Shown in pieces: positions 49,767 through 62,643 of a stretch of DNA of 64,000 nucleotides. Source of the stretch: Antedon mediterranea (lineage: Eukaryota; Animalia; Echinodermata); the NCBI RefSeq assembly GCF_964355755.1, contig NC_092676.1, positions 28,724,871-28,788,870 of the forward strand, given 5' to 3'. The position numbers and the translations under genes are program-made. Numbering within the stretch: the first letter of the stretch is position 1; each line of letters starts with the position of its first letter. The notes beneath the pieces were generated by a model. The model was given only the letters and a program-made list of their open reading frames with translations, was not told where the DNA came from and did no database searches.

Positions 49767-50545
49767 GTATGAATTTTATCAAACATTTAAAAAAAATAAT
49801 CCAGCAGTCAACGAATGTTAATTTGTGTTGTTTATCTTTTGTCTAAACCGAATAAAACAATAATATCTCGAATGTTCCTGTAGTAGTAGATCGGAGCTTA
49901 GTAGGCTAGGCCCTAGGCCTTGACAGGTCGCGCCCAACAAGCAGGTTACAAAAATAACAATATTTAAGATGTTGTCATTCTTTTAAAACGACCTGGGTAT
50001 GAAGTAAAATTGTCTTGACATGTTGCAATGTTTACAGTTTTATAAGCATTCTAAATGTTACAATAATACCGCTTTTTAAAAAAGTATATGGACATTTAAA
50101 TTATGAGTAGGTAGCCTGTCTGTTCGGTGCGCGGTGGGCTAGGCCTAGGCGTAAACTCCGTGACTTCTCCGTGTGGAACACTGGAAAGGAACAACGCCAG
50201 CCTTAGGGCTAACTTCGAGTTGTTCCGCCGGTTGATATTATTTTTTTTAGATTTTAGTATATTTATACCGGTATTACACGTCAAAGTCGAATTACATTTC
50301 ATAATATTTATAAAGTGTAGAAAGGTAGTGTAGTGTTAGAGATGATTGTAATGTTATCATTTTTTATCATTTTGCCGGGGTTAGAGGGGGTGGGGGGCTG
50401 GGGGACAAAAAGGTAGACGTGACATATCTATCCTACTGGATTCTTGTACAGTATTTGTATGCCTATTGTATTTTTGTTGTTGGCTAGGCATGTATGATAT
50501 TTAATTATTTACTAATTTACTAGTTTTTACTCTTACAGGGCTATC

Positions 50546-53500
50546 ATGGTGGTGGAGGGCCCATCTGCTGGGTTGATATTGTCGTTGACATCAGCTGTGT
50601 CAATGAATGCGAGGGAGCTCAGCGAGAATGATGACCTGGCCACTAACTTGACCCTTGACCCCTACCTTGGGTTTACCACTCACAAGATGAACCCTAGGTA
50701 TGTATCTAGTAACCACAAACATATGTCCAAGGGGAAAATACATCTGCCTGTTGTGTCATATTCAACCATCCTATTCTAACATTAGCAATGATTTTTTTCT
50801 TTTAGATTCAGACCTATTGGCCCAAGGCCTGACGTTCTGCGAGCCGTTCTAGAAAAGTTTAAGAAGGACAATGACTATGAGGCGGCCTTTGACAAGTACA
50901 TGTCTGGTGAATGGGCAAAAGTGTACTTTCTAAATAAATCCAAGCAACAAACCAGAGCTACTAAACAACATGTATGTAAATCTCTGTCTACACTATCAAA
51001 CTTTACGTGACAACAAAATTTGATGTGCCCATATATGGACATGATGATGTCATATCACTACTATATTATTTGGGCACATCACACTTTTTTAGTCAAACTA
51101 GATTGATAGTGTAGACAAAGCTTTAAGGATCTTCAACAAAAAATAATTTGCGTTTTTGCAATGCCGAAATACAAACACTACTTATGAATGTTTGGTCTAA
51201 TCCCACATTTTTCTGTTTAATGTAATAAATTGGTTTTTTTCCTACACACAGGTGTTTCGTTATTTGGCTATGTTTGATGATCTTGCTGGATTTGAGGTTG
51301 TGCCTTGCTATCGTTATTCTCTAGAGGGCGCTGGTGGTAAAATAATCGCAACTAGGGAATGGTATGCATTGATTACCTTTTAAGACTTGGCTTTTATTTT
51401 AACTCACAAATCTGAGAGTATACTATAGATGAGGATATAAAGCTCTGTCTACACTATCAAACTTTATGTGACATGAGTGTGATGTGCCCATATATGGACA
51501 TGATGATGTCACATCACTACCATATTTAAGCATATCATCAAATAATTTCACCAAGAGAATTGAATGCATGAATTATATTTTCAAGACTGGCCATGTTTAA
51601 CACCTAACTCCATGAAAGTGTAAGAAAGTTCATTTAATAACCAAAATGTTTTCTTTCCAATCTCTCAAGGTGTAAAAATGACAAAATTGAGTTACTAGTC
51701 GGTTGCATCGCAGAGCTCACTGAAGAAGAAGAGAACACATGGTTGAAACAAGGAATTAATGATTTCAGTGTCATGTACTCGACAAGGAAAAACTGTGCCC
51801 AGTTGTGGTTGGGCTCGGCTGCATTTATTAATCATGGTAAGAATTCAATTGTCCCAAAGATGGGGTTATAATGTACTATGTGCTATCAACTTGTTTTATC
51901 TTTATATCTATCAAAGCAGGATGTAGAAATGTTTCCTTTGTTTAGTGTACAGTAGTTTAATACATTCATTCGTTTTGTTATTTCCTTAAAAACAAGCTAT
52001 GTGTGAGTGACCCACTTAATTTATCACCGATCTTTTTGTTTCGTTTCAACCGGCATAAAAACAACAATAACATGCAATGAAAGAACATTTTATTCTTAAT
52101 TTTTTCCCAGATTGCAGACCCAACTGCAAGGTGAGTAATCCATTGTTTTTTTTAATGATTTTACCTAAATTGTAAATATATAAGTTGAGCTGTAGCTTGG
52201 TGTTTAACATGCTTGCCTTCAAATCCCAAGGTCTGGGGTTCAATCCTGACCTAGTGCTGGGGTTGTAACTCACGATTCTTTCAACTCCACTCCCTAAGCC
52301 TCGAATGAGACCTAGTTTATAAGCATGATAAATTAAAATAGTTTATTTATCCTGTGATTGGCGAGTTACTCACTGTTAGATGCGTATGATATATAAAATA
52401 AAAAAGTATACTGTAGTTCTGGTAGTGGTCATGCCTCTTGAGTCTGATACAGTAGCTTCAATAATTGTTCTCTTACAATTTATTGGGAAAACACTATTGT
52501 CTACATTTGCCTCTATTCACTTCAGGTATCCACTCTGAGTAACTTGCAACCAATACAGACCCTCATCCCAAACAGGTGAATACAAAGTATCAACTACCAT
52601 CATTCTAATTTCTTCACAGTTTGTATCGACTAGTCGTAACACGGCCTGCGTCAAAGTTTTACGCGATATCAAGAAAGGAGAGGAAATTACTTGTTTCTAT
52701 GGCGATGGCTTCTTCGGTGAAGAAAACTGCTGCTGCGAATGTGAAACTTGTGAAAGGTGATAAACTTTTTTTGAACTTATTTATTCAATCATATTTGCTC
52801 TTATAAAATGTGACTTATTGTTAAAATATTTTTTTTTTAAATTTTCATACAAAAGGAGACACCAAGGTGCATTCAAGCGTAGCAAATCAACAGAAAAAAC
52901 GCCAGATGGAAAGAGTAGCTACCGCTTCAGAGACACAGATAATCGTATCATGCGAATGAAAAAAGAACAGCATCCAATCAGTCCAAGGCGGTCCTTAAAT
53001 GGCACGGTTAAAAAACCTATCAGTAAATATGGTATGTAATGTTGCATTAGGTTTTACTATTGTGTTTAGCCAAAGTAATTAATTGATTGATTGTGTTTCT
53101 ATTATAGGCTGTGTGAGAAACTTAAAGCTTCATTTAACTGAATTAGTAAAAGAAAGTAAAGTTGTGTATTTTTTACATTTTATTAGATACATTTAGGAAT
53201 CGAGGTGAAGTAGACGTACCAGATATGTCGACATCCCCAACGTCAAAAGACCTTGTAGATATTGTTGCAGAACGCAAAGGAATTGCACGATGCGATGCTC
53301 AACTCTTATTGGCCGAAGGATATAAATTGCCGGAACCAAAGCTTCTCATTACACCAACGAAAATGATTCCATCTGACAGTGTTCGCATCGAGGAAGCCGA
53401 CACATACCTTCGAAAACAAAATTCAAAATTAGACTCTAGGTTACAGACAGTTATGGAGCAAGATAGCGGATGGCAGTCGAGTGGCTCCGATAGCGAGATC

Positions 53501-54274
53501 AGTTTCAAATTTACCTCTTCAAAACATTTAAAGCAGCGAAAACTAAAGAAAGCAAAACATTCTCGATTTCACATTACCTACGAATCTGAAATCTCAGATT
53601 GCGAGACAAAACTTAAAATTAAAGGAATTTCAAAATTAAAATTTTATAAACCAAGTAATTCGATCGGAAGTTTAAATCAGGAATTGGGGAGGAACGACAA
53701 GTTGTTTGACGGTCACTTGGATTCTGATTGCGAATCGGAAGAGAACAACGATGTAATATGTGAAGATGATGTGAGAAAACGAGAAAATGTTCGTTACAAT
53801 GCTGAATTAATTAATCAAACCAGTACTAGAATTCCAAGATTGCGGATCACAATGAGAAACACTGACTCACAAAATAACGATAACAAACGAATTACCAGAG
53901 GCAAAAAGATTCTGACTCCCGGCATGAGAAATTTACGAAAATCAACAGAAGATTCAGCAATTGAATTCAATTTAAAAACACAGTGCACAAATAATAGCAA
54001 GAAGCGATCATCTTTTCATTTGAACTCAAATCCGACTCAAAACAACTTGGGGCGTAGCAATTCCGACGGATGTAGGCTGTCGGGAAGGACGTTAGATATC
54101 CATGAACGAAATCACTGCAACATTCGATCTCGATCAACCTCTAATGATGAGAAAGCAAAACTTGTAGGGTTCACGTATTCGTCGTCGGCTGTTGACGCAC
54201 AACGCGTCATTAAATGTTCGTTAGAATCCCCAACAACGCCAAAGAAACGAAGAGCTATACATTCGTATGAATAA
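50546..54274 (+). CDS. KMT5B: Histone H4K20 di/tri-methyltransferase SUV4-20 (KMT5B/KMT5C co-orthologue)
   Basis: Exons 50546-50697, 50806-50971, 51252-51361, 51670-51836, 52111-52130, 52620-52756, 52856-53031, 53187-54274. Motifs [92 protein letters not shown]. Confidence 0.96.
50980..51122 (-). mobile_element. MITE family A copy 8 nt downstream of a splice donor
   Basis: Both TIRs; flanked by TAA/TTA. Confidence 0.85.
51441..51540 (-). mobile_element. MITE family A, partial copy
   Basis: One TIR plus interior. Confidence 0.8.
52186..52325 (+). mobile_element. Degenerate tRNA-derived SINE head
   Basis: tagcttggtg A-box-like and ggttcaatcc B box. Confidence 0.45.
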
Positions 54275-54764
54275 TTTTATGCTTTGTGGGTTCATAATTG
54301 CAATTTAGAAAAGAATTATTTTCTTGATAGATTAGGAGTAAATTAAAAAATTGTTATATTTGCAAAGTTCACCATTTCCTTAATATTCACTATCATACTG
54401 CAATTTTAATTTAATTTCAAACAATAAATTTATTTTTTTTAAAGGAAAACGTAATTTAAATTGTTTTTTAACTCTTAAATGTTTTGGAATTTTGTTATGA
54501 TACCCTGTGTCGAATTTCCATGAAGCTCCTAAGAGTTTACTGTTTGAGTAATTCACAATAGTTGCACACTATTAATGTAGATTCTATTCTTCATCATATC
54601 TGTTAGAATTGAATATTTTTTGCCAATGTGAAAATTTTTATTTAGGCTCAAAGTCAGTCCCACAACAGAAACAATAACATCCGAACAATTATAATTTATT
54701 TAAACGTGTGCGTACACAAGTTTATCAATAATCGGATGCGCGCGCTAAAACGCAGTGCCGTTCC

Positions 54765-54950
54765 GTGTTTACGCGCGCGTACAAAAGCTGTAACATCAGT
54801 TTTGGACGCGTGCGTATAAAAGCTGTCACATCTGTTTTTGAACGCGCGCGTACAAAAGCTATAACATCAGTTTTGAACGCGCGCGTACAAAAGCTATAAC
54901 ATCGGTTTTTTAATGCGCGCGTACAAAAGCTGTAACGTATAAAGCTGTTT
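54765..54950. repeat. ~35-bp CpG-rich tandem repeat (ttttgaacgcgcgcgtacaaaagctataacatcag) x ~5
   Basis: Directly visible; related units at 19715-19800 and near 18010. Confidence 0.85.
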
Positions 54951-55314
54951 TGGTTCTTCTGGTGTTTTATTTGTGGCGTCATTGACAAGATGTGGAATAT
55001 TTTACTTATCGATCATTCCTATTTTTACTAATTTTATAAATGGGTTTTTAATTAAGGGAAACAGTCGCTTGAATATAGAAACTAGATATTTGTACATTGT
55101 ACTACCCAACCAGCATCGTCGTACGTTCCATTTAAGCAAATTATTGTTTTTAAATTCGCTATGCTTCGAGTCAGTTTAAGATTGTTTACGTTAAAATGAT
55201 TTTGAAATATTAAATAAGGAAGTAGTGCATAATGTGTCAATATAGTTTATTCAGTTTTAAGTTTTTCAAGTTTACATAACATTCTGTGTTATGTGGGTGT
55301 TGGACGGAAGCTTG

Positions 55315-55438
55315 AGCTCTGTCTACACTATCAAACTAGTTATATGCCCAAATATGATAGTGATATGACATCATCATATCCATATATGGGCACATCACAC
55401 TTGTTTGTCTTATAAAGTTTGATAGTGTAAACAGAGCT
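55315..55438 (+). mobile_element. MITE family A copy
   Basis: Both TIRs present. Confidence 0.85.
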
Positions 55439-55876
55439 TAAGTCTTTGTATTTGCTTCGTTCTTGTTTTTGTTTTGACCCACGTGACTTGTTTATAAACT
55501 TTACAATGAAGTTCGTCTCACTTCGGTGGTATTATTACAAAAGCGGAAGTTTTTTTTGTTGTTGTCCGTTTATACAAATTGCAGAAAAAACGGCATTGCC
55601 AATGTCTTTTGTTGTAAGGCCTGCTGTCTGTATTCACACGTCCGCATACCACCACCTTAATCCCTTTATGCGGATTCATATTCTGAAACGGATTGATAAT
55701 GAAGTATTCGAATCACTGAACAACAATACTACTTTTTTCAGTCCAAAAAAAAGTAGTTCAGTTAGAAATATACATATGCATAGTTGGTATTCATTAGTAA
55801 GCCGAGAGAGAATTACCATATTACAGGTAGTAGGTGTAGTGGTTTTATATACAACTTCTAAAACAAGCAGGTAAAA

Positions 55877-58800
55877 ATGCTTGGTATATGGATGTTTCTT
55901 TTTATTGGGTGCTCATGTTCTGCTGAGCATGTAGCTGACCATGCCTCCGTGATCATCATCGGGGCTGGAGCTAGCGGACTGCAGGCAGCACAAACTTTAG
56001 TGGACAACGGTATTGAAGACTTTATTATACTCGAAGCAGCCGATTATATCGGCGGCCGTGTGCGCGACGTTGAGTTTGGCGGGATACGTGTTGAAATGGG
56101 CGCACATTGGGCTCAACCAGTTGGAGGAGTTGTGCAGGAGAAGGTCTGGGAAATTGGGATGGAAACGCACCAAAATAATTGGTACTCGCTTGCTGTTTTT
56201 AACAGTACGGGGCACAATGTCACAGAAGAAGCGATTCCAGTTTTTGACGAGGTACGTTCATAATGTTTATTTAATTTTATGCAACATTGTTGACTATCAA
56301 CGTGTTTTTTAACATTAAAAACGACATAATCCTAAAAACCACATAAATCCATTTTGTTTTTATCGTTTTACCAAATTACTGAATATTTTTTAAAGGTATC
56401 CGAAAGTATTCTTGCTGCTTTTAGTATTGTTGACGAACTTTATGAGCTGAATGATCCAGATATGCCTATCCGTTCTGGTTTGCGTACAGTAGGCTGGCTC
56501 CCGGAAACCGACATCGAAAAGTTGATAGAATGGGCTAGCTTAGACTTTGAAAACGGAGAAGATTCATACGTAAGTTTAGTATTCTGAGTTTCTATCTCAC
56601 AACCGCTTCTTGCCAAATTACTTTCCGCGCGGCGTTGCGTAGCCTACTAGTCAAGTTGCGTACTGATTACGTTGCGTACTGGTTACGTTGCGTACTAGTT
56701 ACGTTGCGTAGTAGTTAATTTAAGTACTGGACTACTGTATAGTTACGTTAGAATCAAACTTTTAGTTCCATATAGTCATAATATCAACCACACAGAAGGT
56801 CCACAAATAAAAAAAACTTGGGGGCATGGAATCTAAATATTCATATTCTGATATAACATTTTCAAGTATTAAATATTAATCGGCTTGGAATCACCCGATA
56901 TTTTAGCATTGTTAACAAAATATTTATTTTTATAACTCTGTACTATTCCTTTTCATTTACAATAAAAAAAAAAGGCGTGATGGATCACCAATCACGCGTA
57001 TACTAGTGGCTGATAATATTTTCATTTGTTATTTATAAGCCACCGCACCGATTTGTTTACTGGTCATTTCTATTATTTATTTATTAGTATGCCTCACTGA
57101 AGGTTCACTCATACATAGCAGGGGAGTATGCTAAACGAGTTCCTGAAGCCGATCGTTCCACTATGATCACAGATGAAAGAGGCTATGCGTACCTGTTCAA
57201 CGCAACTATGCCGTTCTTGAGTGACGACGAGCTGAGGTATGACGACAATGATAGTCATCAAAGTATTAAACGCTTTAATCACCAGATAAATATATAGGTC
57301 AAATGGTATACAATTTATACAGTAAAACACAATAGATAATAATCGAAGGTCATACAATTTGTTTTTAAACTTTGTCTTTATCCAAAGTGATCTCAAGCTT
57401 TACAAAAAGTTTCTATTAAGTTTCTAGAATGGTTTTCAGCAATTATTGATAGTCTGAACAAATAGTAATAGTTTCGAATAATGTTTCTTAAGTCTATTCC
57501 ACACTAGCAAACTTTAGTTTACAAATGGCGAAAAGGTTTTCTAAAGTTAATTGCTATATACAAATTGGCAAACAAAAGTAGTTTGCAAAAGTTAGGACAT
57601 GGCATAAAACAATCAGAATATTTGATTATAATTTTGTATTTAGAGCCAAAATTGTACTTAACCAAAAAGTACAAACTATTGACCAATCTGGTGAGGACGT
57701 CGCTGTCATGTGTGCAGACGGCCAGATCTTCAGAGCATCACGTGTCTTAGTTACTGTCAGCTGTGGCGTGTTGCAAAATAAACTGATTGAGTTCATACCA
57801 GAACTTCCCGGATGGAAGGCGAGGACTATCAACCGATACGAGATGGCGTCTTACTGCAAGATCTACATTCAGTTTCCATCTAACTTCTGGGGCGACAATG
57901 AAATCAACCTGCATGCCAGTAGTCGTAAAGGATACTATCCATTATTTACCAATCTGGAAGCAGAAGGTACGCTGGCGGACCCACATAACATAAGATAAAG
58001 CTCTGTCTAGACTATCAAAAAATACGATGTGCCCATATATGGACATGATGTCATATCACTACCATGTTGAGACATATCACCATAATATTTGGGCACATCA
58101 CACTTTTTGTTTCAAACTAGTTGAAGTTGTTTCCTTTGGCGTTGTCACATTAAAAATACTTAAAAATACAGAACTTTTGCCGCCTGATTGGGCACTGGTG
58201 TTAGTAGTCCTGTCACCAGGTATCGAACAATAGTAAACTGTCATGTAAATTGTTATTGTACTTTACTTAACGCCGTTCGGCGAATAGTCTTCTGACTTTT
58301 CCGCCTCGGCCTCTCTGTTTATTTCTGCTGTGAAGTTTCTTCAAAGTGTTCTGTCAAATGCTATGTTTTTATTTTTGTTGGTAGTGTGGTATTTGTTATT
58401 GTCTTCGATGAAAATACAATGTGAGACTTAACTTGATATACACTGATTGATATTATCTTTCAGGATTGTACCCAGCCGGATCCAACATTCTGCTATGGGA
58501 TTTAACTGGTGACGAGGCTAGGCGAGTAGAAGGACTTACTGATGAAGAAGTTCAAGCTGAAATACTCGCTGTTTTACGGTTGATTTACGGAAGCAACAAT
58601 GTACCAGAACCTATTAATATTATGGTGTCTCGTTGGTCCAAGAATCCATTAACCATGGGTTCTTATTCAATTTGGGCACCAGCTATGGAAGAAGAATGCT
58701 TCGAGAAGATGGAGTCCCGCGTCGGAAACGTTTTCTTCGGTGGGGAGTATACAAGCGAAGATAATGGTTATGTACAAGGGGGCTTAGACAGTGGCAGACG

Positions 58801-58993
58801 AGAAGGAGAGAAAATAGCGCAATGTCAACAAGGAGGAGAATGCCCTGAATGGGATGCGGGTCAGAGCTGTTTCTGTCCCGCAGAGGAAGAAGATGATGAC
58901 GACCCAAATGCTGTTAATATTTACAAGGCTCAGCCGTTATTGTTATTGTTTACTTGTTTTATGTACTTTATATCATTGTTAAAACTACGGTGA
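55877..58993 (+). CDS. Flavin-dependent polyamine oxidase (maize PAO1-like), copy 1; secreted, probably GPI-anchored
   Basis: Exons 55877-56251, 56396-56569, 57088-57236, 57644-57966, 58464-58993. Signal peptide, VIIIGAGASGL (FAD-binding), LEAADYIGGR, EMGAHW, MASYCKIYIQFPSNFW, FGGEYTSEDNGYVQG, hydrophobic C-terminus. Confidence 0.93.
56646..56716. repeat. 16-bp tandem repeat (ttacgttgcgtactgg) x ~4
   Basis: Directly visible. Confidence 0.8.
57999..58122 (-). mobile_element. MITE family A copy
   Basis: agctctgtctagactatcaaa plus interior. Confidence 0.8.
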
Positions 58994-59699
58994 AATGTTT
59001 AATTATATAACTTAATATGTCGTTATCTATGCCGTTTAAAGTTTATTTTTATAGTAAAAATAGTATCAAAATATTCACAAGAAACTTATCGAAACCAATA
59101 ATTAATTTTAGCGTTTCTTTGTATTTTGTAATTTGAATATCTCTTATACAAATTAGAACTCAATTTACTTTTTTTCATATTGTTTCGTAGAATTTTCGAT
59201 TGTAACGAACTGCGCATGCTTACAAATCAGTTGTCGTTAGTTCATGCACGTTCTCTGTACATTCGCATTGTAAGCACTTATTTTCACGGCTCATAATTCC
59301 CTTTTCTGGCAGGGCATCTATAACGTTACATTTGTAAAAAAACAAGTTAATTCTATATATTAAACCTCTAAATAGGAAATTGTTTAATTGCTTTGTTGTG
59401 AATTACAAGCGTATCGATCTAAAATAATGTCTGACAATTCCCATTGCCATCAACAATCAAATTTGAATTTCCACTCAAATCTCAAATTTGTAAGCAATGT
59501 GTGTGCAGTCACATGTTGTATTGTTAACCAAATTATATTTCTTTGTTGATATTTCACAATCTACCATTATTATTGTAACAACATTGCAACAATCATTTTC
59601 ACGGTCATAACCCGATTATTTGACATGTTCGTGTCATCGGACTTCAATTGTCATTACTGCTGTGGGACGTAACATAAGCCTACTACTTCGCAGTGCAGC

Positions 59700-62643
59700 A
59701 TGCAGTCGAGTGACCTAGTGTCGGCCGTTTGTATTGCATTCTTTATATTGATAGTGCGGATATGTTCTGCGCCAAGCACGGATGGACCAATAGACAGTGA
59801 TGGTCAACCAATATCGGTTTTAATCATAGGGGCTGGAGCATCTGGGCTAGCTGCGGCCCAGACACTGGTCTATAACGGCGTTGAAGATTTCGTAATCTTA
59901 GAAGCAGCCGATCGTATAGGAGGAAGAGTCCATGATATTGAGTTTGGAGGAATACGTGTTGAAAGGGGTGCAAACTGGGCCCAGCCTGTGGATGGGATTG
60001 TACAGAAATTGGTCTGGGAGGAAGGCATGCAGACTCATCAAAGTAATTGGTTTTCAATGGTTGTTTACAATAGCACAGGTCACAATGTTACAGAAGAATC
60101 TCTTCCGGTATGGAACCAGGTAAGAGTTTTGTAATCATAAGATAAAAAGGAAATGTTATTATTTCCTCTATATCGGGCCGCCGCGTATAGCATATTATGT
60201 TATATATCTTGCTTCCTTAAAATTACGCAGGGTCTGCAGGAAAACTGCGATAGACGTTTGGCATACGGGTATAATTATTGAGTGTATTCAAGTTGCCGTG
60301 ATATTTTGAAAGCTAGTTACGTGTGATTATTTTAATACAGCCATTATGGGCCTTCGTACTTACGCATATTCGCCCCTGGGCTGTACTATTTTGTTTAGGT
60401 TAGACAAATGTAGCAAAAGTGCGTTCAAGCGGGCCTTATTGAATTTACCACCAAATTAGGACGTCTGACCAACAATAATATTTTATAATGTCTTATATAA
60501 TACATTAGGTCTACTATTTTAAATCTTTTCTTTCTTTAATTTAAGTCTGCTGCATGCTGTCTATACTAGGCTAAATATACATTTTGTTCATTTCTTTAAC
60601 AGACGACTGAAGCGATTACGAAAGCTCTTTCGATTGCTAGTGACTTACTGGCTTCACATGATACAGACATGTCAGTAAGAAGTGCTCTTAGATCCATAGG
60701 ATGGAACCCGATGTCAGAGATGCATAAGACAATTGAGTGGGCGCTGTTAGACTTCGAAAATGGTGATATACCCGAGGTAAAGACGCCGCCGTGCGCTAGA
60801 CTTGCCTCAAGTCTTTAGTTAGGCCTATTTTATAGCTTTTTTATGTTAGGAGTCCACCATCCGACGTTTCGATTTTTGTCTGAAAATATAAGTATTATAG
60901 TATACGTATGAGACGCCATATGTGCCCAAATATTCTTTACTAATTACTGGCTAGAACCTAGTCTAGATCCGTGTGTAGACACCATTGTACACATTAGAGG
61001 CCTAATGATAAAACTTGGTTCCCACTTTGAAATACACACGCAACGCAGGCAATTTGACTAATCAAAGGCGACTATCAGAACAGTTGCTTGTGATTGGCCA
61101 ATCTATTACGTACGTCCTTGTGTGTTGCGTTCTATAAAGTGAATTTAGCAGACCTAGTCTAAAACATCCTTTATCTTTTCTAAGATTCCTACATAGGAAT
61201 GTAGAAACATAATATTATGACAAGTGGAAATTAACCACGTGTGAATAGGCTTAATAATCCCGGGAAAACAGAATTCTCAAAAAATAAATATGAGTACGAA
61301 CTAAGACTTTATGTTCTTCTATGATAGTTTACATCTTTAAAGGAGAACGCAATGATGGCAAATGAATTTAAAAAACGTGTCCCAGACGACGAAAAACCGA
61401 CGTTGGTGATCGACCAGCGTGGATACAAGTACTTATTCAATGCCACAATGCCGTTTCTAAGTGACAAGAACTTAAGGTAGGTCAAAGTTCGAATTTGAGA
61501 ACCGATGTTACTTCTATAACTGTCTACTATGTGAAAGCATTAAGTCTTCAATATTTGTTAATGTTGATATCCGACTTAATTGTTACTCAGATCATGATTT
61601 TACTTTTTCAGTTCAAATATTTTGTTAAACAAGAAAGTACGAACTATTGACCAATCGTCTGGCGATGACGTCATCGTAACGTGTGATGACGGCCAGGTTT
61701 TTCGAGCATCCCGTATATTAGTTACTGTTAGTCTGGGAGTTTTACAGAATAGTAGAATTACATTTATACCAGAACTTCCTGATTGGAAAATTAGAACTCT
61801 GAATCGGTTTCGTATGGCCGTTTATAGCAAAATTTATCTTAAATTTCCAATCAATTTCTGGGGAGACCGGGAGATTATTTTTCATACCAGTGATCACAGA
61901 GGACGGTACCCGATATTTACCAATTTAGAAGCGAAAGGTAAGTTGCTTTTTTCAAAAATCGTTTTACTGTATAAAAAGAATAGTCTGCTGTATTGAAAAT
62001 AACTATTGCATACTATCTATATGACCGAACATTTAGCTTACGAAATAAAGACGCGACAATAATAAAGATATTATCTTTCATTCTCCAAAACTATTTTTTA
62101 TTTATTTTTTTTAAATCAGGATTGTTTCCAGTCGGTACAAATATTCTGATGGCCGAAATTACCGGCGCCGAAGCGGAACGAGTTGAATCCTTGTCTGATG
62201 ACGTAATCAAATGTGAAATCGAGGCAGTACTACGCGTAATGTTCGGAGAGGGTATTCCCAATGCCACCGACATCCTGGTATCTGGTTGGTCACGGAATCC
62301 TCTGGTGTTGGGTTCATACTCTCTTTGGCCACCGGAAATAGAGTTAGAGTGTTTCCGAGCGAAGATGAAGTCACGTGTAAACAACATTTTCTTTGCTGGA
62401 GAGTGTACGAGTGAAGATAATGGTTATGTGCAGGGCGCCCTCGAGAGTGGGGTAAGAGAGGGACTTAAGATCGTAAACTGCCGAACTAATGGGGAAGATT
62501 GTCCACAGTGGTCTGGTGGCAACCAATCATGCTTCTGTAATGCAGCAAATATATTGTCTTTTGAATTAGGAAAGTCTTTTGAATTGCATTTATTCGTCAG
62601 TATACTCTACATTGTTGTATATTTGATTGAGGAAACATTTTAA
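59700..62643 (+). CDS. Flavin-dependent polyamine oxidase (maize PAO1-like), copy 2; secreted, probably GPI-anchored
   Basis: Exons 59700-60119, 60603-60776, 61328-61476, 61612-61937, 62120-62643; same intron positions as copy 1. VLIIGAGASGL, ERGANW, FRMAVYSKIYLKFPINFW, ATDILVSGW, FAGECTSEDNGYVQGA, hydrophobic tail. Confidence 0.93.
61013..61140. mobile_element. MITE family B, degenerate copy
   Basis: acttggttcccact..gcaacgca..ttgtgattggccaa. Confidence 0.65.

Noticed and set aside
55446-55874. 142-aa ORF upstream of PAO copy 1
   Set aside because: Non-ATG start, no motifs, overlaps the likely promoter and 5' UTR.
55877-62643. Plant contamination or recent horizontal transfer of the PAO genes
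   Set aside because: The genes have host-style introns containing the same MITE families as the neighbouring animal genes.
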